Of a stretch of 64,000 nucleotides of DNA, positions 23,313-35,300 are shown one piece after another. Numbering within the stretch: the first letter of the stretch is position 1; each line of letters begins with the position of its first letter. A program made the translations under genes and the position numbers. Source of the stretch: Antedon mediterranea (Eukaryota > Animalia > Echinodermata); the NCBI RefSeq assembly GCF_964355755.1, contig NC_092673.1, positions 13,798,948-13,862,947 on the forward strand, read 5' to 3'. The notes beneath the pieces were generated by a model. That model saw only the letters and a program-made list of their open reading frames with translations, did not search any database and was not told the DNA's origin.

Positions 23313-25489
23313 CATCTACTGAAAAGAATGTAGAAAAGACATCTATAAATGCAGAAGAGGAATCCAATGGAAAGGTCGTCGAGATTGCTAAACAAAACAC
23401 TTCACTTTCTGCAACTTTGTCTGAATCAAATGATGGTAGGTTCTAATTCATGAAATTCATTTATGCTATAAAAAAAATCAATTTATTTGTTTAAAAGAAC
23501 CTGATGGTAATTTGTTTACTACTGTATTGTTGAAAACCTTAATTTTTAAATTTCTTCATTAACAAAACATTAAATTCAAGATAACTGTAAATGATTTCTG
23601 TTGCAAAAATGATTACTCTACATAGTGTTTCTATTAAGTATTATTCTTACCAGTTTTTCTGTATATATTTAGATGATCATGTAGAAGGCCCTGCGGTAAG
23701 TTGTGACAGTAGATTTCATGCAGGAAGAAATTACTATTTTAATATTAATCCCTAAAAATAAACAAATGTAATGTTGAGGAGAGACCTGTATTAATTTGGG
23801 ACAACATGAATTTTTCAACATGCAAGGAAGAAAATGAAAATACAGATTCGGACGATTCAGTATTTGAGAGAGGTATGCATGTGATGTACTCATTTTTTAT
23901 TTTTTATAACCAAGAATTAGTACTTTTATTTTTAATACAAGGCAGGTGCAAAAGGGAACTAGCGCCAATAATTTAGAGTTAAAACATTTTACGTTTTTTA
24001 AATTAATTTGTTTAAGAATTTTTACGCTTGACTGGTCGCCACGTTAGGCATCTGTCTCCAAGATAGACTTGGCTTCCACGTAACAAAAATATCGCTAGCC
24101 TAAGGGCCTAGCTCTAGCTAGGCCTAGTTGTATACTCATACTGTACAGTATAGTTATATACTTCAGTATTATAAGCCTATGATAATATCTATCCAGGCCT
24201 ACAGTCTACTACTCATCTGAAGCAATATTTAATAAGAAATTACATACCATGCTGTTTCTTTCATCGACCCATGCAGTTCATTACAGCGGGCTGGTTGCTC
24301 TTAACTTGACTACTCTCTCAAACCATAGTCACTCAAACACATGAATGTCGCCGCCGAGTAGTGTACATTCAATGATGACGATGACAACATGGCATTAGTT
24401 TATTTTGTTAACACGGCGGTCGTGGATATTAGTTTTATATGATACGACATTCACGTACGGTACGAGGAAACAACGCGTTAGATTAATAGACTATCGGTAT
24501 TTTTTTAAAATTATTATTATTACTGTATTACAATCATACAACAATTAAATCTAGTTACTATTATTCTTTTTCATACAGGTACTGGGAAAAAACGGCCAAA
24601 TCCATGTAGCCACGATTGTGCCGAAAAATTCAGAAGACTCACAGAAGAGTTTAACGCCGAACGTATAGAAAACTGAAAGAGGCACGAAGAACTTCTCCAA
24701 GTATTGGACAAAGTTACATCTTACATTAACAGGCAGGAGGCCCCCAAACTCCTGCAAAAAGAGACCCAATTTGTAGGTGAAGTGGACGCAGATGGAAAAT
24801 TAGTCATTGGGGGGAAAATTAATGGGAAATTATACACCATGAATATCAACACCTACAAGAACCTGTTACACAAGAAAAATACGCCTAGCTTATTGCTCAA
24901 AGCTCTTATGAGCATCGTTTTCAGTGAAAACGAAATGGCTAACTGCAATCTCGGTGGCTATCAAAACAAAAAGCAGTTATGTCCGGATAAAGTATCTGCA
25001 ATAATCCTGCAGGTACAGAAGCAGTTTGGAGCTGCTGGCTTTCTATTAAACAATCAAGAACTGACCGAGACAATAAACAGCAAATGTAGATACTACACAT
25101 TCAAATTGAAAAAGCATGAGGAACTTCTTTGAAATAAAAAAAAAAAATGAAATAAAGTGCACACATTTTTACATGCTTTGTTTGTTTTACTGTGAATGAT
25201 CAGTCATCTTTCTAGCATCTTTTAATAACACATTAGTGTCGCCCTGCGTTTAATTGTTCAAAAGCGCCATGGTGTTACATCCTAGTAACTGTCAACGGGT
25301 CCACAAAACTATCATTCTTTAAATAACATAAAATACATAGTTTATAATATACAACTTTGGTCTTCTCTCAACTTAGATTATTTAAACCGACTTGACTTTG
25401 CTCAATCGATCTCTTTGAATACAGAATAAATAAATTGTTTGTATTCTTAAAAATGCATAATTTATTTATTCTAGCAATACTCTATAATA

Positions 25490-26930
25490 ACGGCACAAAA
25501 GCTCAGTAAATTGTGGAATGATACTACATACTCTATATACTGTCATTCAATACTATCGTCCGCTAACTTGGCGTTTAACGGACACAAAAACTCAGTAATT
25601 GCAATTACTGAGTTTTTCCACATGTGGAATGATACTACATGTACTCTATACTGTCATTCAATACTATCGGCCGTTAGCTTGGCGTTTAACGGACACAAAA
25701 ACTCAGTAATTGTGGAATGATACTACATACTCTATACTGTCATTCAATACTATCGGCCCTTAGCTCGGCGTTTAACGGACACAAAAACTCAGTAAATTGT
25801 GGAATGATACTATATATACTATATACTTTCATTCAATATTATCGTTCGTTAGGTCGGCGTTTAACGCCAAAAACTCAGTAAATTGTGGAATGATACTACA
25901 TACTCTATACATATTCAATATTATCGTCCGTTAGCTCGGCGTCTAACGCGAAAAACTCAGTAAATTGTGGAATGATGCTATACATACTCTATACTGTCAT
26001 TCAATATTATCGTCCGTTAGCTCGGTGTTTAACGGACACAAAAACTCAGTAAATTGTGGAATGATACTATATATACTCTATATACTGTCATTCAATATTA
26101 CCTTCCGTTAGCTCGGCGTTTAACGGACACAAAAACTCAGTAAATTGTGGAATGATACTATATATACTCTATACTGTCATTCAATATTATCTTCCGTTAG
26201 CTCGGCGTTTAACGGACACAAAAACTCAGTAAATTGTGGAATGATACTATATACTCTATATACCGTCATTCAATACCATCGTCCGTTAGCTCGGCGTTTA
26301 ACGGACACAAAAACTCAGTAAATTGTGGAATGATACTACATACTCTATATACTGTCATTCAATATTATCGTCCGTTAGCTCAGCGTTTAACGGACACAAA
26401 AACTCAGTAAATTGTGGAATGATACTACTGTATACTGTTATTTAATACTATCGTCCGTTAGCTTGGCGTTTAACGGACACAAAAACTCAGTAAATTGTGG
26501 AATGATACTATATACTCTACTGTCATTCAATACTATCGTCCGTTAGCTCAGCGTTTAACGGACACAAAAACTCAGTAATTGTGGAATGATACTAGATACT
26601 CTATACTGTCATTCAATACTATCGTCCGTTAGCTCAGCGTTTAACGGACACACAAACTCAGTAAATTGTGGAATGATACTACATACTCTATATACTGTCA
26701 TTCAATACTATCGTCCATTAGCTCAGCGTTTAACGGACACTAAAACTCAGTAAATTGTGGAATGATACTATATACCCTGTATATACTGTCATTCAATATT
26801 ATCGTCCGTTAGCTCAGCGTTTAACAGACACAAAAACTCAGTAAATTATGGAGTGATACTATATATATACTGTCATTCAATACTATCGTTCGTTAGCTTG
26901 GCGTTTAACGGACACAAAGACTCGGTAAAA
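25490..26930. repeat. ~89-bp tandem array (~16 units), two hairpins per unit
   Basis: Unit aaaaactcagtaaattgtggaatgatact..actgtcattcaatactatcgtccgttagctcggcgtttaacggacac, with starts at 26131 and 26220. Inverted pairs are gaatga/tcattc and gtccgtta/taacggac. Confidence 0.95.
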
Positions 26931-27569
26931 CTGCATTGATATACTGTCTATCCTGGTGCTTAATGGACACAATTGCGCACTGATATTCTGTCAACATTCC
27001 ATACTATTTACGGCCTACATGACCCGGTTACTTGGCGTTTAAACATGGAGGTATTTTAAAAACACAAACGTGTACGTACCTCGGCGTTTAACGACATTAA
27101 TGAACTGGGGAATACTCCTTTTTTAATAGGCTACCTATTTAAATATAAATCTCTTCCTATTTTATTTTGTGATTTGGGAGACACTGAAAATCTTCTTCAT
27201 ATTTTATTATTGTATTAAACTCTGTAATGTGTGCTACGATATTGTCAGTACAAGGGTCTGTTAAATGAGCGTTTAACGATCGAATATAATAAAAGCTTGT
27301 TAAAACAACTTGTTAGGTGGGCGTTTAACGGACAAACACATGAGACGTTGTACGCGATAGGTTTACATAGTAAATCAATTTCATTGTATTAACCATGATA
27401 CGCTCTGTTGAGCACAGACCGCCCAACTCATCAACGTTTTGCATGTTATTAACGCATTTAAATGTCTATTAACGGAGTAAAAACATTTGGGCACGCTCCC
27501 TTACAATGCACCCCATTTTTTTTACACAGCTTAGGTAACAAATTTAATAATTCAGTTCGGGCTGCGTTG

Positions 27570-27910
27570 CATAATGCAAACACAGCAATAACTTGAAAAT
27601 AATAGTAGGCGCACGAGCCTGTAAACAAAAAGAATGAAATGTTAAGAAAAAGAGTGATTGAACATATCGAATCATTTAGACCTGTTATTTCTCACTACAA
27701 AACATAGCATGCACCAAACAAACGGTATCTCAGTGCTGATTTAAATGTTACAAATATGGACAAATTATTTTTAGAGACATTAGAAAGAGAGCATATCAGT
27801 TGCTCTCGTACGTGGTACGAAATTGTCTTTAAAAGTCAATATATTTTTTTTGCAACCCCAGATAATGATTGGTGTGAACTGTATGAAGAACACAAAAATT
27901 CACATCCCGG
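27570..27910 (+). mobile_element. Sola1-like transposase fragment
   Basis: IEHIESFRPVISHYKT*HAPNKRYLSADLNVTNMDKLF..YEIVFKSQYIFFATPDNDWCE matches the HIxSFP..SHYxR..YL..L..MY..F..P..DxC pattern. Confidence 0.7.
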
Positions 27911-28452
27911 TGACCAGACTGCAATGATCTCTTTGATCCTAACAAGCCGATTATAATATAGCATTAATTTTGGATGGGATCGCCGGGCGAAATAAAACTG
28001 TGTTAATAAACGTTGGGTAGCGCCCTCTATAGTTTTGAAGAAAACGTGCGTGCTGCTGACAATTTCTAGCGCCCTCGGGACCACAGGCTGGCCAAAAGTA
28101 TAGCGCCCTCGGACCACAGCCTGGCCAAAAAATAACCACAGACTGGCCGTGTGCTTCACGACCCCTGCTCCATTTTTCAGCGACTGTGATAACTATGTAC
28201 ACAGCGTGACAAACATGTAGGCCTACACCGGGAAAATATGGTATGTCTAAATACGCACAGTGTTACTTGGTTCTAAAGTGGTTTATACTGGAGAAATCCG
28301 TATGACATATTGCACATACACAGTTGATCACGGTAGCAAAGCGGTGTTATGTACAATTGCTAGGTAAAACAACGCAGGCGGTATAGTAAACAAGGAAATA
28401 CGTACTTATGAACTTATTTTGATGCTTCTGTTAAGTAAATAGGATCTACACC

Positions 28453-29290
28453 ATGGCTACCGATGGTCCTATAGTCCCTGAACAGAATGATATTGGTTAT
28501 CCAAAAGTAGGTGAATTATTGTGCTTCGTTGTAAATAACATGAACTCAATGACGTTTGATAATTTACACAACATATTTATGACTAGCTTCACTTCAGATG
28601 ATATTAAGGATGCTATTAATGTATGCTATCATCTTATATTCAGGATCCTGAAAATAATCTGAAAAAGTGGGCTAGAAAGAATATTATTCTTATCACAAAC
28701 TGTGATATTAAAATTCTGCCCATCTTTGTTGCTGCTGACTTAAGAAAGATACCTATTGTACCTATTGACATGATTGATGATACGATGATATTTCGTGAAA
28801 TAAAGATAATAAAAGTTGATATGGCATCGAATACAAATCTGCGTGGTTACATTGCAAGAGTGGTACACAATTCAAAATGTAAAGATAAGATTATTCCTCA
28901 ATCAACTGATGGCACTCGACCTACCTTTACGGTTCTGGCCGTGACAGAGACCGAATGATGAATTCGTCACTGAGATCAACGCAGTTAATCAGTTTTATAA
29001 GAGTAGACAATACAAGGAGAAGCCTAACATCGAAGATCGACAAGCAGCATCCTACGATTAAGGATTTCAATTACAAGCTAAATTCCAGTGTGGCACAGGT
29101 ACCGATATTAGTCTAAAAGCTAGACCACGTCCTCCTTACTGTATGTACCTTGGAAATATGGACATTGAAACCAGCGTAGAAGATGTTAGTCGGTATCTCA
29201 TGTCCAAGACAGTTTATGCAGATACAGAACTCTTACTTAGAATCTAGAAGATCGGACTACAGTTCGTTTAAGAACAGTTATAATTTCTAA
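28453..29290 (+). mobile_element. CR1/L2-group LINE ORF1 remnant
   Basis: ELLCFVVNNMNSMTFDNL..FTSDDIKDA / LPIFVAADLRKIP / MYLGNMDIETSVEDVSRYL..YSSFK are typical ORF1 motifs. Frameshifted, and no ORF2 follows. Confidence 0.65.
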
Positions 29291-30184
29291 TGCTATTCTA
29301 CCATATCAACAGTGACGCAACTTCCGGGTTCCTATGAGACGGTAAAAGGTAACATTCAAATTTTGCTTTAGGTGTAGTTTCAAGAGGACTGTATTACCAT
29401 ACAGATGTCCTTAATTTATATGCCTTTACTTATCTTATGATAAAATAGGACTATTATAAATTGTGAATGATGGCGTGCTAGTGAGGCTATGCGTTACCGC
29501 CATCTTTAATCTATGGAATCTATTGAATCTTATAGAGGCTGTTGCATGCTGCATAATTTTGTTAAAGCAAAAGTTAAGTTACTCGTTTCCCTAATGCAGT
29601 GTTCTTTGCTTTATACCTGCCGTTTACTTAATTAATCACTGAGTTACAAATGGCTATAATTTATAATTTCATTGCTATCACACTTTTGGGCCTACTACTA
29701 TTACTAATACAGTCAACTCTCCCAATACCGGACTCTCCCAAAACCGGAATTCACGAAAAACCGGACTTTTTTGGAGGGCCCAATTTGTCCCTATTCTAAA
29801 TGTACTGTAATTTATTATGAAAACCGGAATACCCAATTCCGGAATCCGGACAAATTATGAAGTACAAAACACGAAAATTAGCATCTGAAAACCGGACTGA
29901 CAGTTAAAAAACTCCAAATATTTACGAAAACAACGTAACATCGTCGTCGCTGACTCGGATTCAATACATTCACAATGTACAAAAGCTTTTAACCATACCC
30001 TCACCATGCATGAAGTGCGCGACGTTTCGCGGTACAATCAAATAATGTTGCCATGGAGCACTACACTGTGATTGACAGGTCAGTTCATTGTTAACCCATG
30101 AGGCGGCAATTGCTTTGTTGCGTATCGAACTGCGGTGGGCTTTTTCACATCGAAGCGCTATGTCTTAATGTCTATTGTTTTTAG

Positions 30185-30208
30185 CAGGGAGTTGTTAACA
30201 ACTCCCTG
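30185..30208. mobile_element. 24-bp TIR-only element/footprint CAGGGAGTTG..CAACTCCCTG
   Basis: Perfect palindrome flanked by gtttttag / ttttttag (7/8 duplication). Confidence 0.65.
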
Positions 30209-30439
30209 TTTTTTAGCATATGAATTGTTTTTTAATAAAGTTCAATTTAAATTCCACTTTGTGTCTTTGTTTTGTTTAAATTATTGTTAAATTCACAATT
30301 GCAATAGGACTTTAAAAAGGAATGTTTCACTAAAAATGTGCATCATTATAAATTTGGAAATCATTATGGCAAAACGTAAACGGAATGAACTTGACTTAAC
30401 TAGTGTTAATAAACTTTGAAATGTTACCAATTAATTATT

Positions 30440-31600
30440 GGAAATCGGAAAAAAGCCACCCCTGTAAAAACCCACCATTGTAAAAAGCCACCCAACAATG
30501 GACTTTACCATTGTAAAGTGGGAGTGCTGGACAATCAATTTTTATTTAATTGTGTTATTGTGAATAGCAATTTGGGTGTAGGTGTTATTTAGAAACAATA
30601 TCAAAGCTAATCAAAGGGATGCCTACACTTTTCATGTTACCTCTTCCAAATGCCACTGCCAAAACATCAAACACTTCCTACTTAGTTAAGATTCATAATA
30701 CATTTTATGCCATTGTAATGTTATGTTTAAATAAGGCACGTTATCAAAATACAAATCATTTCAAAATGGAGTTCATTACAAATAATAAGGGAGGTCGCAA
30801 ATTATGCTATGATGGTTAGGCCTATCTTTATACTAAACGTAAGTCTAACAGAACAAACAACATTTGTGAATCCTGGAATAGAAAGCATCTTAACAACACT
30901 GGTCATACAAACCCATCTATCTGGTCATCAATCAATGCAGTCAAAAGAGATGAAGCATCTTCAGCGACTTTAATTGAACTTGTAAGGCGAGAACAACCAA
31001 TGCCATCTAAACGCATTACCAAATCAACAGTTAAACACCAGGAACATAATTTCTAAGTACAACCGACAGGCCAAAACATTATTTCAAACTATGACTGCAC
31101 TAGGTTATGCCATACGATTAAAGTAACTTGCGACCAATGCCACGTCTTGTATTTAATGTACAGTGTTTGCAAATATAAAACAATTATTATCTCTCAAAAC
31201 TGTTAAACTGATATAATTAAATATAATTTTGTGTACTTTATTTATTTATTCATTCAATTTAACGTAATGTTTTTAATTAGACAGAATGTTTATAATATCA
31301 ATACTTATTCATTGTATAAGGACTATGTGATATTTTTTATTTGGAGATTTCAAATTAAATTGAATACATGTTTATTAAAAATTGATTCTTATTTTTGTGT
31401 CGTTTGTTTATATTTGTCAGTCCTAAGTATTCCAAATTTATATTTAATAAAATGTTATAATTCATGCTACATTCCTATTCTTAACACACAATTAAATACA
31501 AGGTGATTACATAGCACCCCCATTTTGAAATGGTATAGTCCATTGTTGGGTGGCTTTTAACAGTGGTGGCTTTTTACAGGGGTGGCTTTTTTCCTACTTT
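30440..31600 (+). mobile_element. MULE (Mutator) internal-deletion derivative nested in the pogo element
   Basis: ~70-bp TIRs (ggaaaaaagccacccctgtaaaaa..) and an exact 9-bp TSD ttaattatt (30431-39 / 31601-09). FLYWCH-like start MEFITNNKGGRKLCYDG joined to the C-terminal RTNNICESWN..NPSIW motif. Confidence 0.92.
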
Positions 31601-32397
31601 TTAATTATTGTGTCATTATTGCTTGGCTCGTTTACCTAATCAATTTTCATCATTGCTATCAAATTACGTCAAAATAAAGGAGCTTAAAAAACATGTGGTC
31701 TAGGTGTGGGCGTTTTTATTTGATTATGACACCTCTGCACATGCGCATCAATCAAAGCCCTTATCACCCACCATGCTCACGAAAAACAATAAACAGACCG
31801 AAATTATGTTCATACGTACGTACGTACGTACGTACATACGTAGGCCTTTTTGCCGTTAAAAACACATTGAGAAACAATAATTTACTATTGTAACATGTTT
31901 TATTGGTACAGTAAATAATGTAACTTTTAAAACAGGTAAATTGAATTAGCTTAATATTAATAAAGTAGGCCTAGGCCTATCAGTATTTATTTAATTAAAA
32001 CTAGATTGACACAATCATAGCCTAGGCCTTCCCTACGCTAGGAGACCGTACCGGGCAGCATTCGGACCGGTGATTCAAAGCATTTTCAGTGACAACGTGA
32101 TGACTTTAAAAATATGTTTTCAGGAAACCGGACTTTCGAAAAACCGGAAAATATATGCCCGCCCAAGGGTGTCCGGTATTGGGAGAGTTGACTGTAGTAG
32201 GAATTACTAGTTCTAATACTAGTAATAGTAGGCCTAGTAGTGCTGGTCTGGAACTATGTGTATACTCGGGTCATGACCTTAACAGTATGGCTGTCGCATA
32301 CAGGTGTTATAATAAGCAAAGCAATTAGATTTCTTTGTTTCATATACAGTGACTAGGCTATATAGTACTTTTATTCTATCTCCACAGATTTTCAAAT

Positions 32398-35300
32398 ATG
32401 GCAGAACATGATGGTTCGCCAGATGGTGCAGCTTCTAGTGTTAGTGATAAATTAAAGTTAGCTACAGCTAGTCAACCCAGTGATTTTGCTGACTTGGCAG
32501 CTGAATTTAGTACAGCCACACTTACAGCGCCGGCTTTGGATGAGAAATTGGCTGCAATTGTAAGTGACCTGATTAGTGGAAGGATACCGCAAAGATGACT
32601 GAGCTTATTGGAAAATATCATCGTCCACTCAACCCCACCCAAGATGAACTTACCTGTGTGGGGCCAGTTGAAACCTACTACCAGGACCAATGATGTTAGG
32701 TTGCAGAAAGTACAGGCACTGTTCATAAACTCTATGTATGCTCTGCCCAAGTCTTCAGGTGATTTGAAACTACTTTGACGCATGCACTGGTTGTGGCGCT
32801 GACTGCAAACCGGGAGTTTAACCTGAAACGAAGAGAGATCTTAACTCACGATTTGTTGCACGCTGTGGGGTTACAACGCCCATAACCACAGACCTCTTTT
32901 GAGATGATGTTACAAAACAGATAGACGATCTCTTCAAATCAAACAAACTTGGTTCAGGCTGGCTAAAATCGACAATTAGTCGCAATTTTCTGTTGCTAAG
33001 CAATGAGCTATTGACTCAGAACTTGCATCTTTTTTGGCCAAAAAGGTTATTGACATTTCCAAACCATGTAAAGGAGATTTTGTTTCTCCTATCTTTATCC
33101 ATCCCTGAAAAGAACCCGGTAAATATAGAGTTATTTTTAACCTTAAGGAACTTAATGAGTACTAGATGGTACGCTCGCTTCGCTCGCGTACCATCTAGGT
33201 CGTGCCCACAGATGGTTCTCGAATACATAATAATGTCAGCGTTAAAAAACTGGCGATTTCAAATGTACGTACCGCAGGACAATAATACATGTCGTTTACA
33301 GGAACGAATAAATAGACACTGTGATTTATGTACTGAACTAAAATTAGCACCCTGGGAATTACTTCCGAAAGAGAAACTTGTCACAAAATGAGACCAATTG
33401 TTTAAGTCAAATTTAAACAAACTTAATTTGTGTTTTGTATGTAACATTAGGGTTGAGGGATGGGAAAGAGGATGGGTGCAAAGAGGAACAATTTTTAAAT
33501 ATATTCTTTATCCATGTAGTAACGAAATATTAATTGTTTTCAAGTTTTACAAATAATATACCACTAAACACAGTAAAACATTGCGATGTAATACTTTGTT
33601 GAAACTATCACCGTCCTAGTCGATTGAAATAGTATAGTACATTGTAACGATACATCACTACGACGTGTATAATATGTTTATATAATGTAAAACAATTTGT
33701 GAAAACCACCCCTATTCGTGGCAAATCATAAATTCGATTTAATCGTCAATAAATATTAAATTATCTAACTCAACTTAATTAGTAGGCCTAATGGTTTTCA
33801 ATTGTTTCTTAGAGCCAATTCATACTTAAGTTGGTTCCTAACCCTACCCACCAAAGTTGTTCGGCGTTTAGGGCATGTGATGCACCGTAGGCCTATCCTC
33901 TACTGGCTTTACAACGCTACTCATGCCAGTGAGGGAAGGGTGATGATGTCACGTGGGTGGTTTAACTGCAATAATAAAGAGTTTTACATAATATACGGCG
34001 ACTGAAAACGCTAGCTCATTATCCGTTAAAAAAAATCTATATCCAACCTCTGCAGCACAGATTGAAAAAAAATGGATCGAATTTCTGTTATGAGTATACA
34101 GTACTTGCCTTTACGACGCCTGAGGGAATAGACACTTGTGGAACAGAGATTGGAATGTTCCATTCATTTCAAATCAATACATTTGCATAAACGTATATTA
34201 CTGTAAATCTATCAAAATAGTATTTTTTTAAGAAAATCGGCCTGTCTTCAACATTATGATACTGTACTCGAGCTGTTCAACCGGTTTTCAGCTATTAAAA
34301 ACAATTATCGTAGGAGGAGATAGGAAAATGCGAAGCCTCCTCGCATTTTTGTGGCGGGTATTTTTCAAGATGGACATCCATTAGACAGTGTATACCACGA
34401 TCGGAAAACACCCCTATTTGGGGCAAATCGTTGAACCTAAATTCGTTTTAATCGTCAATAACTAATTATCGAACTCAATTTAATTAGTAAACAGGGTTAC
34501 ATCAGGCGGTTAAAATCAGTACCGAAAGTACGAACCAACTTTATATACCATCGAGTAAACATTCTAGAAATAACGCGTGATTTACCGAATTTTGCCCTTA
34601 CGTAAATTTATATATAGATGTCATGTCATTTTAAAATGGACATGATAGATTCTGCAATAAGTTTTGTGTCGTCCGTCGACCTCCGGGACGCCTATTATTC
34701 GGTGTATAGGCGGTGTCTTAAAGTTTGTGAGAAAGGTGTATTTTACAAATTTAATGCGCTACCTAAGAGCCTTTCTTGTAGCTCTCGCACTTTTACAAAG
34801 CTGCTGAAGCCAGTTTTTTCTACTCTAAGGAGTCGCTTTGGTATCTCATGCCTCGGGTATATTAATGACTTGTTTTACACCGATGACACATTGGCGGGTT
34901 GTCAAGAGGCTACTTTGCAAACTACAATGCTGTTAAAAAAATTAGGTTTTTCAGTGAATCGGGGAAAATCTGTACTTATGCTACCAATGAGATGCTTGCT
35001 GATCTCAGAAAGCAGTGGATCCCAAACTTTGTATTTTGCATGCAAGATTGACAAAATAATGAGCTTTAAAGTGCAAAAAAATATATCAACGGTAGCGGTA
35101 CCTGTACAGTTTACAACAATTGATAAATTGTATTTGCGATATTGTATGTTTTGAATGATAAATGTTTATTTAATATTTTACTGCGAACAACTGGCGATTG
35201 AGACATTAGCCTATTGCAAATTGTTCAAAAAGGTAGGAGCAGTTCAGTTAAGTTCTTGAGAATGTCAGTTTGATAGATCTTTTTCATATATTAATATTTA

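Larger units (their letters stand above)
18501..25132 (+). pseudogene. Multi-exon Tudor/chromo-barrel-like + 14-aa acidic repeat + coiled-coil + BEN domain gene (recent pseudogene; BEN remnant 5)
   Basis: Phase-consistent exons: 18501-18800 (IHALDPTSGCWLLAVVKELKRTEVLVKWIGYTEMHWVD), 20346-23435 (EEENKETNEKGETT repeats), 23673-23695, ~23827-23872, 24579-25132 (coiled coil, then TPSLLLKALMSIVFSENEMANCNLGG..LCPDKVSAII..INSKCR). Only a few stops (20932, ~21184, 22400, ~24673) and frameshifts (~18740, ~20545, ~21815). Confidence 0.75.
29710..32194 (+). mobile_element. pogo/Tigger-like (Tc1/mariner) non-autonomous element
   Basis: TIR cagtcaactctcccaataccggac / gtccggtattgggagagttgactg with TA on both flanks. 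Transposase start MAKRKRNELDL at 30366. Confidence 0.9.

Noticed and set aside
20388-23400. Very long ORFs (966, 576, 538, 495, 472 aa) rich in S/F/L/V or R/K
   Set aside because: These are antisense and off-frame readings of the stop-poor 42-bp repeat. Only the acidic frame connects to flanking exons.
25490-26930. CRISPR-like array
   Set aside because: The variable parts are slippage variants of one sequence rather than unique spacers. There are no cas genes, and the context is eukaryotic.
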